NCBI GenBank assembly: GCA_963827555.1
Contig: CAWHBL010000023.1
Span: 29,568-93,567, forward strand
Direction: 5' to 3'
Source of the DNA: an uncultured beta proteobacterium
GTDB lineage: Bacteria > Pseudomonadota > Gammaproteobacteria > Burkholderiales > SG8-39
DNA: 64,000 nucleotides
In this document: in pieces, positions 50,801 to 61,481 of the stretch
How the letters are laid out: each line of letters begins with the position of its first letter
Numbering within the stretch: the first letter of the stretch is position 1
Program-made: the position numbers and the translations under genes
Notes under the pieces: model-generated
Database searches by the model: none
The model's input: the letters and a program-made list of their open reading frames with translations, nothing else
What the model was told of the DNA's origin: nothing

Positions 50801-51209
50801 GAGCGGTCTGAGCTAGTTGAGAGTTGGGGGGCACAGGACCGGGTGCAGCCGGTCGCGACGGTCAGATTTCGCAGGGCGACAGACAACGACTGCGTCCAGC
50901 CTGCCGCTCACTGCCCGATATAGGTGCGTTATTGGGACGCCAGCCACAGCGAAGTCACGCCGCCGCCGAGCGCTCGGCGGCGGCATTCAGAGCGGCCTCG
51001 GTGACCACTCGGGAAGCCTGGAAGCTGCCATTCGCCACCGGCGGCTCCTGGCCGGTTGCGTGAGTTCGCAACTAAGTCCGTAAGCTGCCCTTCGCGGCAA
51101 GAGCCTGATTCTTCCAAAACCCGCTTTCGGCGAACATAGGGAACCGCGGCTGTCGGCCACCTCCGGCCGTTCGCGGTCGCCGCAGGAATTTCCAGTGAGC
51201 GGCCGGCCG

Positions 51210-51400
51210 CACCAGCGCGCAGAAGTAGCGGTGGCGATGCATGCGCGGCGGCGGGCGCGGCAAGACGTGGTCGCCGGTCGTCACCATGCGCCGGGTGTTG
51301 CATGATGGGCAGACGCCGCGGCGTGGCACGAGAAGCGATCAGGAAGCCGTGGCCGCACTGCGCGCACCGCGCCGAGCAAAGCCGCGGGCTAGGATGCGAT
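51210..51400 (-). mobile_element. Second degraded IS91-family transposase N-terminal fragment
   Basis: Frameshifted ILARGFAR-RCAQCGHGFLIA-RGVCPSCNTRRMV-DHVLPR. Confidence 0.75.
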
Positions 51401-51405
51401 ACGCC

Positions 51406-54400
51406 CTATCGTGCATCGGCATTGCCAAACCGGTCGACCGCTCGCGCCATGTCAACGGCACGAACAGTGCCAGCGGCCAGATCCACGGTCGCCGGCCCAT
51501 CGGCCGGCAAGCCAACTACCGAGAGGTAATCCTGCGACCGGCAGGTGATCACGATCACCTGAGTGTTCACCGCAATCCTCCGCAGCGCATCCTGAAACCA
51601 GTCCAGCCGGATCGCGTCGGTGTGAACGAGGTGATCGTCTAGGACCACGGTGCTCCGCATCTGGTCAGCAATCGACAGTCTCAACAGCACCGCAAGCTGA
51701 GCGCGGGTACCGACAGACAGGGCCTCCAGCACCTCGCTGCCCCCGGAGTTTGACGCCGTCGCGCTAAGACCCTCAGCACGCAGCGTAGCGTCGAGGCGTA
51801 GGCCGCTGTAGCGGCCCTGGGTCAGCTGTTCAAAGCGCTGCGTGACCGGGCCGGCGAGCGCACGGCCGAGATGCGTGCCTTCCTCGTTCTCGGTTTCGCG
51901 CAGCGTGTCGCGCAGGAGTTTCCACGCATCTGCATCGACTTCCAGCTCGCGCTCGCGCGCTTGCGCCGCGGCTCGGGCCTCTTCTAGTCGCTGTACTTCC
52001 TCGCGCAACGCGGCGCCGCCCACGTGCGCGAGCGACCCTTCCTTTACATTCAGGTCAGACTTGGCTTGCTCGTGGGCGGCGGCGGCGACTCTGACTCGGG
52101 CCTCGGCTTGCTCCACGTCGATGGTTGTCGTCGGCGTTTCCGCCGGCAGCGCTGCCAGTTCCAACTCCCGGGCCTCCACCGCTCGCACTGCGGTACCGCG
52201 GTCCAACTGCTCGATCCGGGCACGCATCTCATCCAGCGCGCCCTTCCGGCGGCTGCACTCGCCGCGCACTTCTTCGAGCGCCACGAGCGTGCCGTCCCGC
52301 GCAGCCTTCGCTTCGCCCAATACTCCCTGCGCAACCGTCACCGCCTGCTTCGCGCTTTCCACCTTGCTGCTCGCGGTTGTGGCCAGCTCCGCGAGCTGCG
52401 CCTGGTCTTTCGACTTCGCCTGCTCGATGCGCGTGATCTCCTGGCGCGTGCTGGCGAGTAGTTCGTCGACATCACCGCTCCCAAGCGAAGCGGCCTTCGC
52501 TTTCCATGCGGCGTTCAATTCGCTGGCGCTCTTCCGCCTTTCCGCGAGCTGGAACTCTGCCATCCTCACCGACTCGTCGCACGTAGCAAGTCCTTCGGAG
52601 AGCTTGCGGTGGGCTCTCGCAAGCTCCTCGTGCAGTTGCTCGACACGAGCTTCGGGTGGCTTGCCCAGGGTTCGGTAGTGCTCCTCTATCTGTTGCACGT
52701 CTTGTGCGCCGATTGCCGCCTTTCGCGCCTCGAGCTGCTCGGGTGTGAAGGGCGGGGCAGCGGTGCCCTGGTGGATGGTCGCCTGGTCGCGAAGGCTCTT
52801 CGCGTCAAGCCGGAGCCGCTCGGCGCTGCGCTTCAGTTCGCCGAGCGCCGCCTGCTCCGTGGTCAGCGCGGCGCGCAGATCGACGATGTCGCGGAGCGTC
52901 TTCACCTTGGCCTTGGTCAGAGCCGGTTGCGCGTCGTCCCGCCAGCGGCTACGCAGCTCATCGACGGCCTTACGCTGCTCGGCGCTGCCGGCCGTGATGT
53001 CGAGCTCGCCGACTTCGGCGATGACCAAACGCACTTGGCGCTGCGCGTCGAACGTTCGCTCCGCCGCAAGCTGGGTATCTTTCGGAGCCTCGTCGTCGAG
53101 TTGAACGCGCACGCCGAGCTTCCTGGTCGGCCGCACGGCGACACTAAGGCCGCCACCCAGCGCTGCCTCTGCTCTTTCCAACTCGCGCTCCAGCTCTTGG
53201 AGCGCCTGTAGCTGCTCCGCACCCGGCAGCTTTGCGGCGCGCTTCTCGAGCCCCGCCTCGGTGGTCTGTGCCTGCGCTTCGAGCTTCACAGCTTCGGCGT
53301 CCTTGCGCGTCGCCTCTTCCTCCGCGTGCCGCGCCGCGGCTGCCGCCTTGCCCGCCTCCTCGACGGCGGTCACGGCGGCGCGCCAGCGGATGTAGGCGAG
53401 GATGGCACGTGCGGTCTCCAGCTCGGTTGCGCGCTTGCCAACCGCGTCAGCCTCGCGGACCCTCGCCTCCTTGGCCGTCTCGAGCGCATCAGCCGAAGCA
53501 GCCACGGCCTTGTCCGCGGCCGACGCTTGCGTGCGAGCAGAGATGGCCGATTCGATCTCCGCCTTCCTCGCCGTAGCCACACCCAATGCCGCGCTCAGCT
53601 CGGCGATGCCTTTTTCAAGCTGCGCTTGCTGCAGCGCCCGCTCGCGCGCGGCGTCTTCGCTGCTCGCCGCCCGCAGAGCATCCTCCGCTGCTCTGACCTG
53701 GGATTCTGCTGCGGCAAATGCCAATGTCGCCGCGTCGGACGCGGCCTTCTGCCGGTCCAGCGCGCGCCTCGCACTCCTTCAGCTCGCCGGCGAGCGCCTG
53801 TGCGCGCCCAACCTCTGCATCGATGCGCCCCAACGCCTCCTTGTCGGCCGCGAGCCGTTCGGCGACCTTGCGTCGCGTCTCGCTGGCCGCGAAGCAGCGC
53901 TGTGTCGCCGCCAGCTGCGACTGTGCGTCGTTCAAGGCGGCGAGCGTATCGGCATGGCGCACGCGTAGCGCGCTCACCTCGCCCTCGATGGCCTGCGACG
54001 CCTGCATCTGCCGGTTGCGCTCACTCCAGCTCCGCGTTGAGCGCATTGACGCGGTCCCCGGCCTCCTTGAACGGCGACGACTGTCCGCGCCGGCGCTTGA
54101 CCGGTGTCCGTGAAGAAGGAGTCGACCTCGCGCTGGGCGCTGTCGAGCACGCGCTTGAACAGCGGATCCTGCGCCAGGGCCGCCAGCGCATGGGTCAGGC
54201 GCAGCTTGCCGGACTCGTCCGGATCCTCGGCGATGCTCGCCTCGAGGATGTCGTCCGCCTCGGCCTGCGCGCCGAGCAGCGCGGTTGCTAGAAAGCTGTC
54301 GGGCGCACCGCGCGGTGCGCCCTTGCCGCCCGGTGCCGGGATTCCCCAGGCGAGCATCGTCCGCAGTTTTTCTTCGACCTGCCGCCCCTTGCAGTCAGGC

Positions 54401-54724
54401 GTGAAGGTCTTGCCGTCCTTGGAATACAGCAGCTCCGCCGATGACGATGAAGAAGTCCCGAATGTCTTCTTAACCTTCCAGTAGCGCCCTTCATTGTCGG
54501 CGAAGGTCAGCTCGACGCGCGGATTCTCGGCCGTGAACCACGACGCATAGGTGTCCGCTTCGGACGAACTCGGCGGTGTCAGCAACGCCGCGCGGATCGC
54601 CATGGCAATGGTCGACTTGCCGAGGTCGTTCGGGCCATAGAGCACGTTCAGGCCCGGCGCCGAAGTCGATCGCCGCCTGCCGGACGGCCCGGAAGTTCTC
54701 GACCGAGATGCGGACCAGGCGCAC
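51406..54724 (-). CDS. Rad50/SbcC-like (YhaN-type) coiled-coil ABC ATPase, about 1100 aa, several frameshifts between 53700 and 54670
   Basis: MRLVRISVENFR, GLNVLYGPNDLGKST (Walker A), long coiled coil, LSVGT signature, VVLDDHLVHTD (Walker B/D-loop), QVIVITC. Confidence 0.88.
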
Positions 54725-55865
54725 TTACGACGCCTTCCGCTTCGCTGACCGGTAAAGGTGGAACAGCGCCCGCTCCGCGACGAGTCGCTGCGCCGGATCG
54801 TTCTCCGCGACACGCTTCAGGCGAGTGACGGCCGAGCGTAGGACGTCGGGCAGATCACCGCAATGCTGGTCTACCGTGGCGGTCTCGAGCTCGAGGCCAT
54901 TGCGGTCGAGCTCCAGAACGCCGGCGCGCGCGTGCCGGGCCGGCGTGCCCTGCAGCTCCTCGATCAGCACCTCGGCCTCGTCGTACTCCGGTGCCGGCAC
55001 TTTCATGTTGACATGCAGACGCAGCACCCGATCGGCCAGGTCGGTGCGACGCACGAGCGCACGCAACTCGTCGATGCTCGTGACGGTGCGCTCCTCCCAG
55101 GTCCAGCGCGCGACGCGCTCGGGGCGGACCGTCGCCACACGCTGCCGGTTGATGAACACGACGGCGACACAACCCGGATCCTTCTCGTCGAAGGCCGTCG
55201 CCTCCGGCGCGCCCGGATAGATCGTCGGCGGGTGCTGGCGGCCCGGCGGGATGTAGCGGAAGCCGTGCGTGTCGCCAATGGCCAGGTAATCGAGTCCGCG
55301 CTCGAGCACCGCGTCGGGATGCGATCGGGAAGTTCGTCTGCCAGTCCTTGGCGTCGAACGTGCTGCCGTGGACCATGCCGATGCGGATGCGCTCGTCGCC
55401 GGCGGCGCGCTTCGGGATGCATTCGGTCGGGTCGCGCTGGCCGGCTTTCGACATGCAGGGCACGGCGTAGAGCACGGCGCCGTTCGGGAAGCGTGTACTG
55501 GAAGTCTTCGCGATCGACGACGTGGACCCAGTCCGGCAGCAGACCCCGGAACTTGTGGCCCTTGGCCCAGATCGACTCAGTCGTCAGCGGGTCATGGTTG
55601 CCCGGCAGCAGGAACACCGGCCGCGTGCTGCGGGCATTTGCGCAGGCGGGCTGCGGTCTGTTCCCACCACTCGGCCGCCGGGTTCGGCTCGTCGAACAGG
55701 TCGCCAGCGCACAGCACCGCATCGACCGCGTAGCGATCGGCGGTCAGCAGGATCCGGTCGAGCACCTCCAGGCGCGCGCGCGAGAGCTTCAGCGCGCCGT
55801 CCTCCGGGAAGCTGCGGAAGCTGGCGACCGAGGTGCCAGTCCGCGGTGTGCACGAGCTTCAGCAT
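54725..55865 (-). CDS. Mre11/SbcD-like (YhaO-type) metallophosphoesterase nuclease, about 380 aa, frameshifted
   Basis: HTADWHLG, AGDLFD, LPGNHDP, MVHGS, DYLAIGDTH, YPGAPE across frames; its stop abuts the ATPase start. Confidence 0.88.
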
Positions 55866-55890
55866 GATGTCGTCCCCCGTCCTGCGGCGC

Positions 55891-58877
55891 TCATTCGATC
55901 ACCAGCATCCAGATCGAACAGGCGCTCGACGCGCGGCGGCGTGTAGCGGCGCCGGTGGATGTGCTCGCTGGTATTGCTGGAAGGTTGCGTCGTCACGGTT
56001 CTCGAGCCGGTGGATGGCACCGTCCACTTCGGCCAGGCTCGTCTTCCACGCTCAGCACGGCGCGCTCGGCCTCCGAGCGCGCTTCGGACCCGGCGGCGCC
56101 ATCGCGGCGCGCCCGGGCTTGCTCGAGCCGCTCTTCCAGTCCCTGCCGCCTGCGCCGAGGACCAGCAAGCGATCCTCGATGTAGCGCTCGGCCTGCTGCG
56201 ACGCGCGCTCGAAGCGCTTCTGCTCGTCCGCATCCACCGCGGCCTGGACCTCGAACATGACTTCCTGCTCGGCGTCGGCGAGCGCATCCTCGTCGACGTT
56301 CACGGTGCTGTCGGCGGCGAGCCATCGCGCATCGGTGCCTGCAAGCAGCTTCTGCGCGACTTGCGGCGGAATGGTCCGCGCCAGACTCACTGACGAAGAC
56401 AGGCACCAGCAGCTCCACCTTCTCGAAGCCATCGAAGGCGACCTTGACGAGGCGCAGGCACCCGCGCTGGCCGGCAAGAGCTGCCAGCTCTTCCGCTGCG
56501 CCATCAGGGAGGGTCACGACCGCGGACGCCCGTGCCGGCATGTCGCGGCGATGCAGCCACTGCGGCTTGAACGAGCGGATGGCCCAGGTGCAGCGGCTGG
56601 TGTTCCTTCGACGGGCCAACCGCCGCGATGGCGCCTTCCCGCAACCCCTCGGGAAGCAGCGGTGACGGCGCAACGTGAAGCAGTTCCTCCTCGCCGACCT
56701 GCTTGCGCTCGTAGAGCGATGCCCGCCGCGTCGAGGAAGCTGCGTGACGACGGCGTACAGGTCCCGATCGAGCTCCGCGAGTGCGCCGGGCACCCGTTCC
56801 TTGTGCTGCCGGAACACGCGCTGGATGCCCTCCTCGAAGCCGCTTCTCGATGAGGTCGTGCGTGCGGGCGTGTGCCTCCTCGAAGCGCTTGCGCTCTTCG
56901 GCAACCTTGTCGCGCAGAGCGCGCAACTCCGCCGTGACCTCGTCCAGCGTGCGTGCGCGCTCGTAGATGCGACGCAGCTCCGACTCGAACTCGCCGCCGA
57001 GGACGCTGACCAGGACCTCGCCTCGCGAGTCTGTCTCCGCGCGGTGCAGGACCTGGTCCGAGGCGTCGAGCACGGTGCCGAACAGCTCGAGCTTCTGGCT
57101 CAGGATCTCGAACGTCAGGCGCTGCGCCTCGTTGTCCTTGGCCAGGAAGTTGATGACCGTCACGTCGTGCTGCTGACCGTAGCGATGGCAGCGCCCGATG
57201 CGCTGCTCGATGCGCTGCGGATTCCAGGGCAGGTCGTAGTTCACGACGGTGTCGCAGAACTGGAGGTTCAGGCCCTTGGCGCCGGCCTCGGTGGAGATGA
57301 AGACGCGCGAGCGTGTCCGGAACTCGTGGACCAGCGCCAGCCGCGTCGCGATGTCGCGGATTGGCGTTCTGCCCGGCGTCGCGCGGCGACTTCCTCGTTC
57401 CAGCGCGCGAGCGCCTCCTGCGCGCGCTTGCGCCTCGTTGGTGCCGCGAGAACAGCGTGATCTCCGATTCGTCGGACGAGACGGCTTTCGATCAGGCGCT
57501 CGCGCAGATACGTCCTGCGTGACTCAGCGACTCCGTGAAGATGACCATCTTGCCGCTGCCGTCTGCGGCCGCTCGCGCGGCACAAGCGCAGCGCCTGCAG
57601 CAGCGCGCGGAACTTGCTGTCCTCGGCAGCCAGCTTTCGGCGCGCTCGATGTAGCCTTCGACGCGGGCCAGCTCGGCCTTGACTTGCGCGGGGCTCGGCG
57701 CTGCGCCCCGATCGTGCTCGGAAGCCGGATCGTCGGAACCGGCATCGTCCTCTTCGAGATCGGCGAGCAGCGGTTCCGTCGTCCTCGTCCTTCGCGCCGG
57801 CCTCCGGCGTGCGCTCGAGCATGCGCCGCAGCCGCTTTGCCACCCCTTGCAGGCTCGCCGCGAGCGCAGCGTTCGACGATGCCATGCGGCGGTGAAAGCC
57901 GAGGAGCAGCAACTGCCGATGGCCGCCCTTCGAACGCGAGGATGCCGGGCTCCGAGCAGATACTGGCGTGACGTCGTCGTAGAGCGCCTCTCCGTCCGGC
58001 GCTCATCGCGTACTCGAAGAGCCGCGCCTGCGCGGCCCACGAACGGCTTTTCGAGGAACTCCTGCGCCTGCGCGGCGCAGCGTTCGCTGCAGGACGCTGC
58101 GCAGGCGGCTGCGCAACTCGTCCTCCTGCCCCTGCGCGAGCTGGCGATCGTCCACGCCGCAGAACACCTCGCGGAAGGTCGCCAGGTCGCCGAGCAGCGT
58201 GCCCAGCGGGTCGACGTACTGCACCAGGCCCCACAGCTCCGCGAGGCTAGTTCTGGATAGGCGTTGCCGTCAGCAGCAGCACGGGCGTGCGGCGTGCGGC
58301 GAGCACCTCGCGCACGCGCCCAGCGGTCTGCGCCGTCGTTGCGTCCTCCTTGTATTGCCCGAACCGGTCAAAGCGCTTGTGGATGCCCGCGAATACTTCG
58401 TGCGCCTCGTCGATGACGCACGAGGTCGAACTCGTCCGACAGCAGCAGAGCATCGCGCCCACGCGCGCTGCCCGCGGCTTCGCGACCAATCAGGAACACC
58501 CCATCGCCGTCGAAGCCGCCGATGCCCGCCCGCGCCTCGACAGCATCGATGTCGAAGAGCTGGTAGAGCTCCTGACGCCACTGCCCGAGCAAGGGCTTGG
58601 GCGTGATCAGCAGGACGCGGCGCGCCCCCTCGGCCATGAGCTGGGCGATGACGAGGCCAGCCTCGATGGTCTTGCCGAGCCCGACTTCGTCCGCGAGGAT
58701 GCAGCCGCCCTCGCGCAGCCGGGCCAGGGCGAAGATGACCGCATCGATCTGGTGGGGATTCGCATCGACCTTGGCGGCGCGCTGAGGTGCAGCGAAACGG
58801 CGCTGCTCGTCGGAACGGCGCAGTCGCACGAGATCCTCGGCAAGATAGCGAACCTGAGAAGGATGGCGCATGGTCAT
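55891..58877 (-). CDS. SNF2-family helicase, about 990 aa, many frameshifts
   Basis: NPHQIDA, ILADEVGLGKTIEAG, IDEAH, LLLTATP, STEAGAKGLNLQ, NYDLPWNPQRIEQRIGRCHRYGQ; C-terminal coiled coil. Confidence 0.9.
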
Positions 58878-58888
58878 CCGGCGCGTTA

Positions 58889-59420
58889 AGGATAGCGATT
58901 TCAATCGCGCGAGCCTGAGTGTGGTGGGGTCGGTGGTGCGGGTCAAGCGTTGACTTTCGGCGGTAATGGGCTGCTCCGCGCGCTTGTCGTCGTACTTGCG
59001 CGCGGGCGCCGACGCCAAGGTGGCCGCGCGCGGTCAGGCTGGCGGGCACAGGCGCGAGCAAGTCCGGCGGTGCGCACAGGCGAGCGCCGACGGTAGTGGC
59101 TACCAGGCGAGGCGCTGGTCGAACTCGTAGGCCGGGATGGGCGAGAACGCCGGATCGGCGGTCGGCTCGTGCTCGGCGCCGGCGGCCTTCCACAGTGGCG
59201 GGCCGCGGGCGGGCGCGATCCGGGGTGGTGCTGTCGGCTCGCCGAGGTGGGCGAGGATGTCGCGGACGTTGGGCGGCGTCGGTGATGAAGGCGATGACGC
59301 GCATCTCGCGCGCCGCAGAGCGGGCACACGAGGGGAAAGACTTCATAGATGCAGGCGAGCAGCGCCGCCCAGGCGTAGCGGGAAGCACGGCGATGGGCCG
59401 GTTCGGTGGCGGGCTGCGGA
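58889..59420 (-). mobile_element. IS91/ISCR-like element 3' end: transposase C-terminal remnant plus oriIS-like terminus
   Basis: CPLCG-EMRVIAFITD-VRDILAHLGEPTAPPRIAPARGPPLW...YEFDQRLAW* (stop at 59100); terminus GCGATTGAAATCGCTATCC. Confidence 0.78.
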
Positions 59421-59704
59421 TTGGCTGCGGGCGGTGGGGTCGTCGCGGCGGCTAGGGCGATGGCATGACAGCGGTGCGCAGCGGTGAGTTGGGCGCGAGC
59501 ACGCCGAAGTAACGGTGGCGCGAACGTCAGCTTCCCTCAAATTGACAGTCAGCTTTCAGGAACATCGACGGGCGGCTCAGGGTCGACTTGAGCCCTTCGG
59601 CTGACGGTCGCCGACCGGCCAGAAGCGGCGGTACGGCGACGTCGCTGAGAGCGGTCTTTCGACGGCGCTATCGACTCGAAGCGGACGTTCGTGTCGATGT
59701 GAGC

Positions 59705-60535
59705 CTATGGGGCACGGGATATCGGAAACTGCATCTCGACAACCGCTTCCGACATCGCATCCAGCCGCGGTGGCTGAAGAAAGACTTCCCGGCTCGGTCC
59801 GTCCAATCGATCGCCGCTCGTCTCGATGAACCTGCCGATCTTGGCGGTAACTAGGTGCGCATCCTCCGGAAGACCAACGCGGACACAGACGGCCATTCGT
59901 TCAACGGCAGAAAGCTCGCGAACACGAAGTTCACTGCCGGCAGGGACGACGAGCCGCGCGCCCGGATCGAGTGTGTACCCAAACTCAACGTCGATATGAT
60001 CGAACTCGAAATCCTGAGAGTGCGCCACAGCCACCAACTGGCCCAGTGGGACCTTTGGAACGAGGGCGCGTGCCGAGTCTTTCAATTGTCGAATCAGCTC
60101 GCGAGCGGCGGAAAACGAAGGCACGATACGACGTAGCGAAAGTAGTGTTCGCGCCGGTTCGGGTCGTATAACGACGTCTTCTGAAGAGAGCTGGCCCTCG
60201 GACTCGATCTGCGCGATGCGCGTTTCGATGCGTCTTAGCCGTTCCTTCTCGACCGCCAGCGCCTGTTCGGCATCCGATCGCCGTACCAGAAGCATGCCTC
60301 GCAACTCCGCTGCGGTGACATTGTTGTCCAGGATGTCGCCGACCTGGTCGAGTGTGAGCCCGAGTTCCTTGAGCACCATGATCCGGTTCAATCGGGACAA
60401 TTGGGCCGCGCTGTAGTACCGGTAGCCGCTCTGGGGGTCGGCATGGGCCGGGGTCAGCAGACCGATCTCGTCATAGAAGCGCAGCAGTCGTGCTGACACG
60501 CGCGCAATCCTCGAGAAATCTCCAATCCTGAACAT
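59705..60535 (-). CDS. MerR-family regulator with GyrI-like ligand domain (BmrR-like)
   Basis: IGDFSRIARVSARLLRFYDEIGLL, SGYRYY; C-terminal GPSREVFL...EMQFPI. Confidence 0.92.
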   Translation of the reverse strand: MFRIGDFSRIARVSARLLRFYDEIGLLTPAHADPQSGYRYYSAAQLSRLNRIMVLKELGLTLDQVGDILDNNVTAAELRGMLLVRRSDAEQALAVEKERLRRIETRIAQIESEGQLSSEDVVIRPEPARTLLSLRRIVPSFSAARELIRQLKDSARALVPKVPLGQLVAVAHSQDFEFDHIDVEFGYTLDPGARLVVPAGSELRVRELSAVERMAVCVRVGLPEDAHLVTAKIGRFIETSGDRLDGPSREVFLQPPRLDAMSEAVVEMQFPISRAP

Positions 60536-60563
60536 GCCGTCTCCCCCAAGCGCTTTGGTCGGC

Positions 60564-61244
60564 CTACGCCATCAAGGGCTCCAAGAAACTGCGTTTCAGA
60601 CCCATTGCCTCCGCCACTTGCTGTTCCGCTTTGAGCGCGGCACAAATAGATGGATGCTGGACGCAGCGACAGAAGAAGGCCGAGAGCCTTGGATACCGTT
60701 CTGAGTCCAGCTCGAAGCCGAGATACTGGTAGTTCAACAGATTGGACGTGACGGCGATATCAGCCAAGCTCAATTGGGAACCCGCGAGATAGTGTTTGCC
60801 CGTCACGGTCTCCAGATAACCAAAGACCTTCGGCAGCGCCTCACGACGGGTCGCATCGACGATCGACCGATCTGGTTCCTGCTTGAGGATGTTCGGACGG
60901 ATATACGTCTGAAAAAACAGTGGGTGCACAACCTCGCGGAACATAGTGCCGTCAGCATATTCTTCGAACCAGAGAGCCTGGATGTAGTCCTTCGTGTCCG
61001 GGGGATAGATCGGACGCTCGGGATAGGTACGATCGAGATAGGTGCAGATCACGGAGGAGTCCGCCAGCGACGCATCCCCATCAATCATCACCGGGATCTT
61101 GCCGGTCGGACTCAGACGGTCCCATCCAGGCGGCGGGGTGAACGGTATGACCGGGTCGTTCTGATACACCAGCCTCTTCTCGATCGCAGCGACAATCACC
61201 TTGCGCGTGTGGACGGAGATCGGCACACCATAGATCTTCAGCAT
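60564..61244 (-). CDS. Glutathione S-transferase family protein
   Basis: SVHTRKV, SPTGKIPV, ADSSVICTYL, SLADIAV. Confidence 0.92.
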   Translation of the reverse strand: MLKIYGVPISVHTRKVIVAAIEKRLVYQNDPVIPFTPPPGWDRLSPTGKIPVMIDGDASLADSSVICTYLDRTYPERPIYPPDTKDYIQALWFEEYADGTMFREVVHPLFFQTYIRPNILKQEPDRSIVDATRREALPKVFGYLETVTGKHYLAGSQLSLADIAVTSNLLNYQYLGFELDSERYPRLSAFFCRCVQHPSICAALKAEQQVAEAMGLKRSFLEPLMA

Positions 61245-61273
61245 TTTCAGCTCCTTCCGGGTGAGGAGCCGAC

Positions 61274-61304
61274 AACGTAGGGAATGACGCTACGTCAAAG
61301 TCAA
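61274..61304 (-). promoter_or_regulatory. MerR-type promoter of the gst-merR operon
   Basis: TTGACT, 19-bp spacer containing the dyad TGACG-tag-CGTCA, then TACGTT. Confidence 0.8.
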
Positions 61305-61481
61305 GCTGCCAGGATCCTATTCGCTATGGCGGCAGTCGTGAGCGGGCTCGTCACTTCAGGCCCGGCCGGCCGCAGGCGGGTGCGGAGCCCGCATGAAGGG
61401 CTTCGAAGCAGGGACAGACTTAGAGTATGGGGCACCGCGACCTTGCACTCCCGTGCGCCGCCGCCATCGACCGCTTCTGTC

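Noticed and set aside
50800-50835. attC-like half sites (ctgagctagttgagaGTTGGGG here; cagcggtgaGTTGGGC near 59480)
   Set aside because: Only a GTTRRR-like right end is visible, with no matching RYYYAAC left arm and no integron integrase
51406-58877. Assignment to Lamassu, Wadjet, DISARM, BREX or type III R-M
   Set aside because: Required partners (LmuA/LmuC, JetABD, DrmAB and methylase, PglZ/BrxC, Mod/Res) are not present in the window
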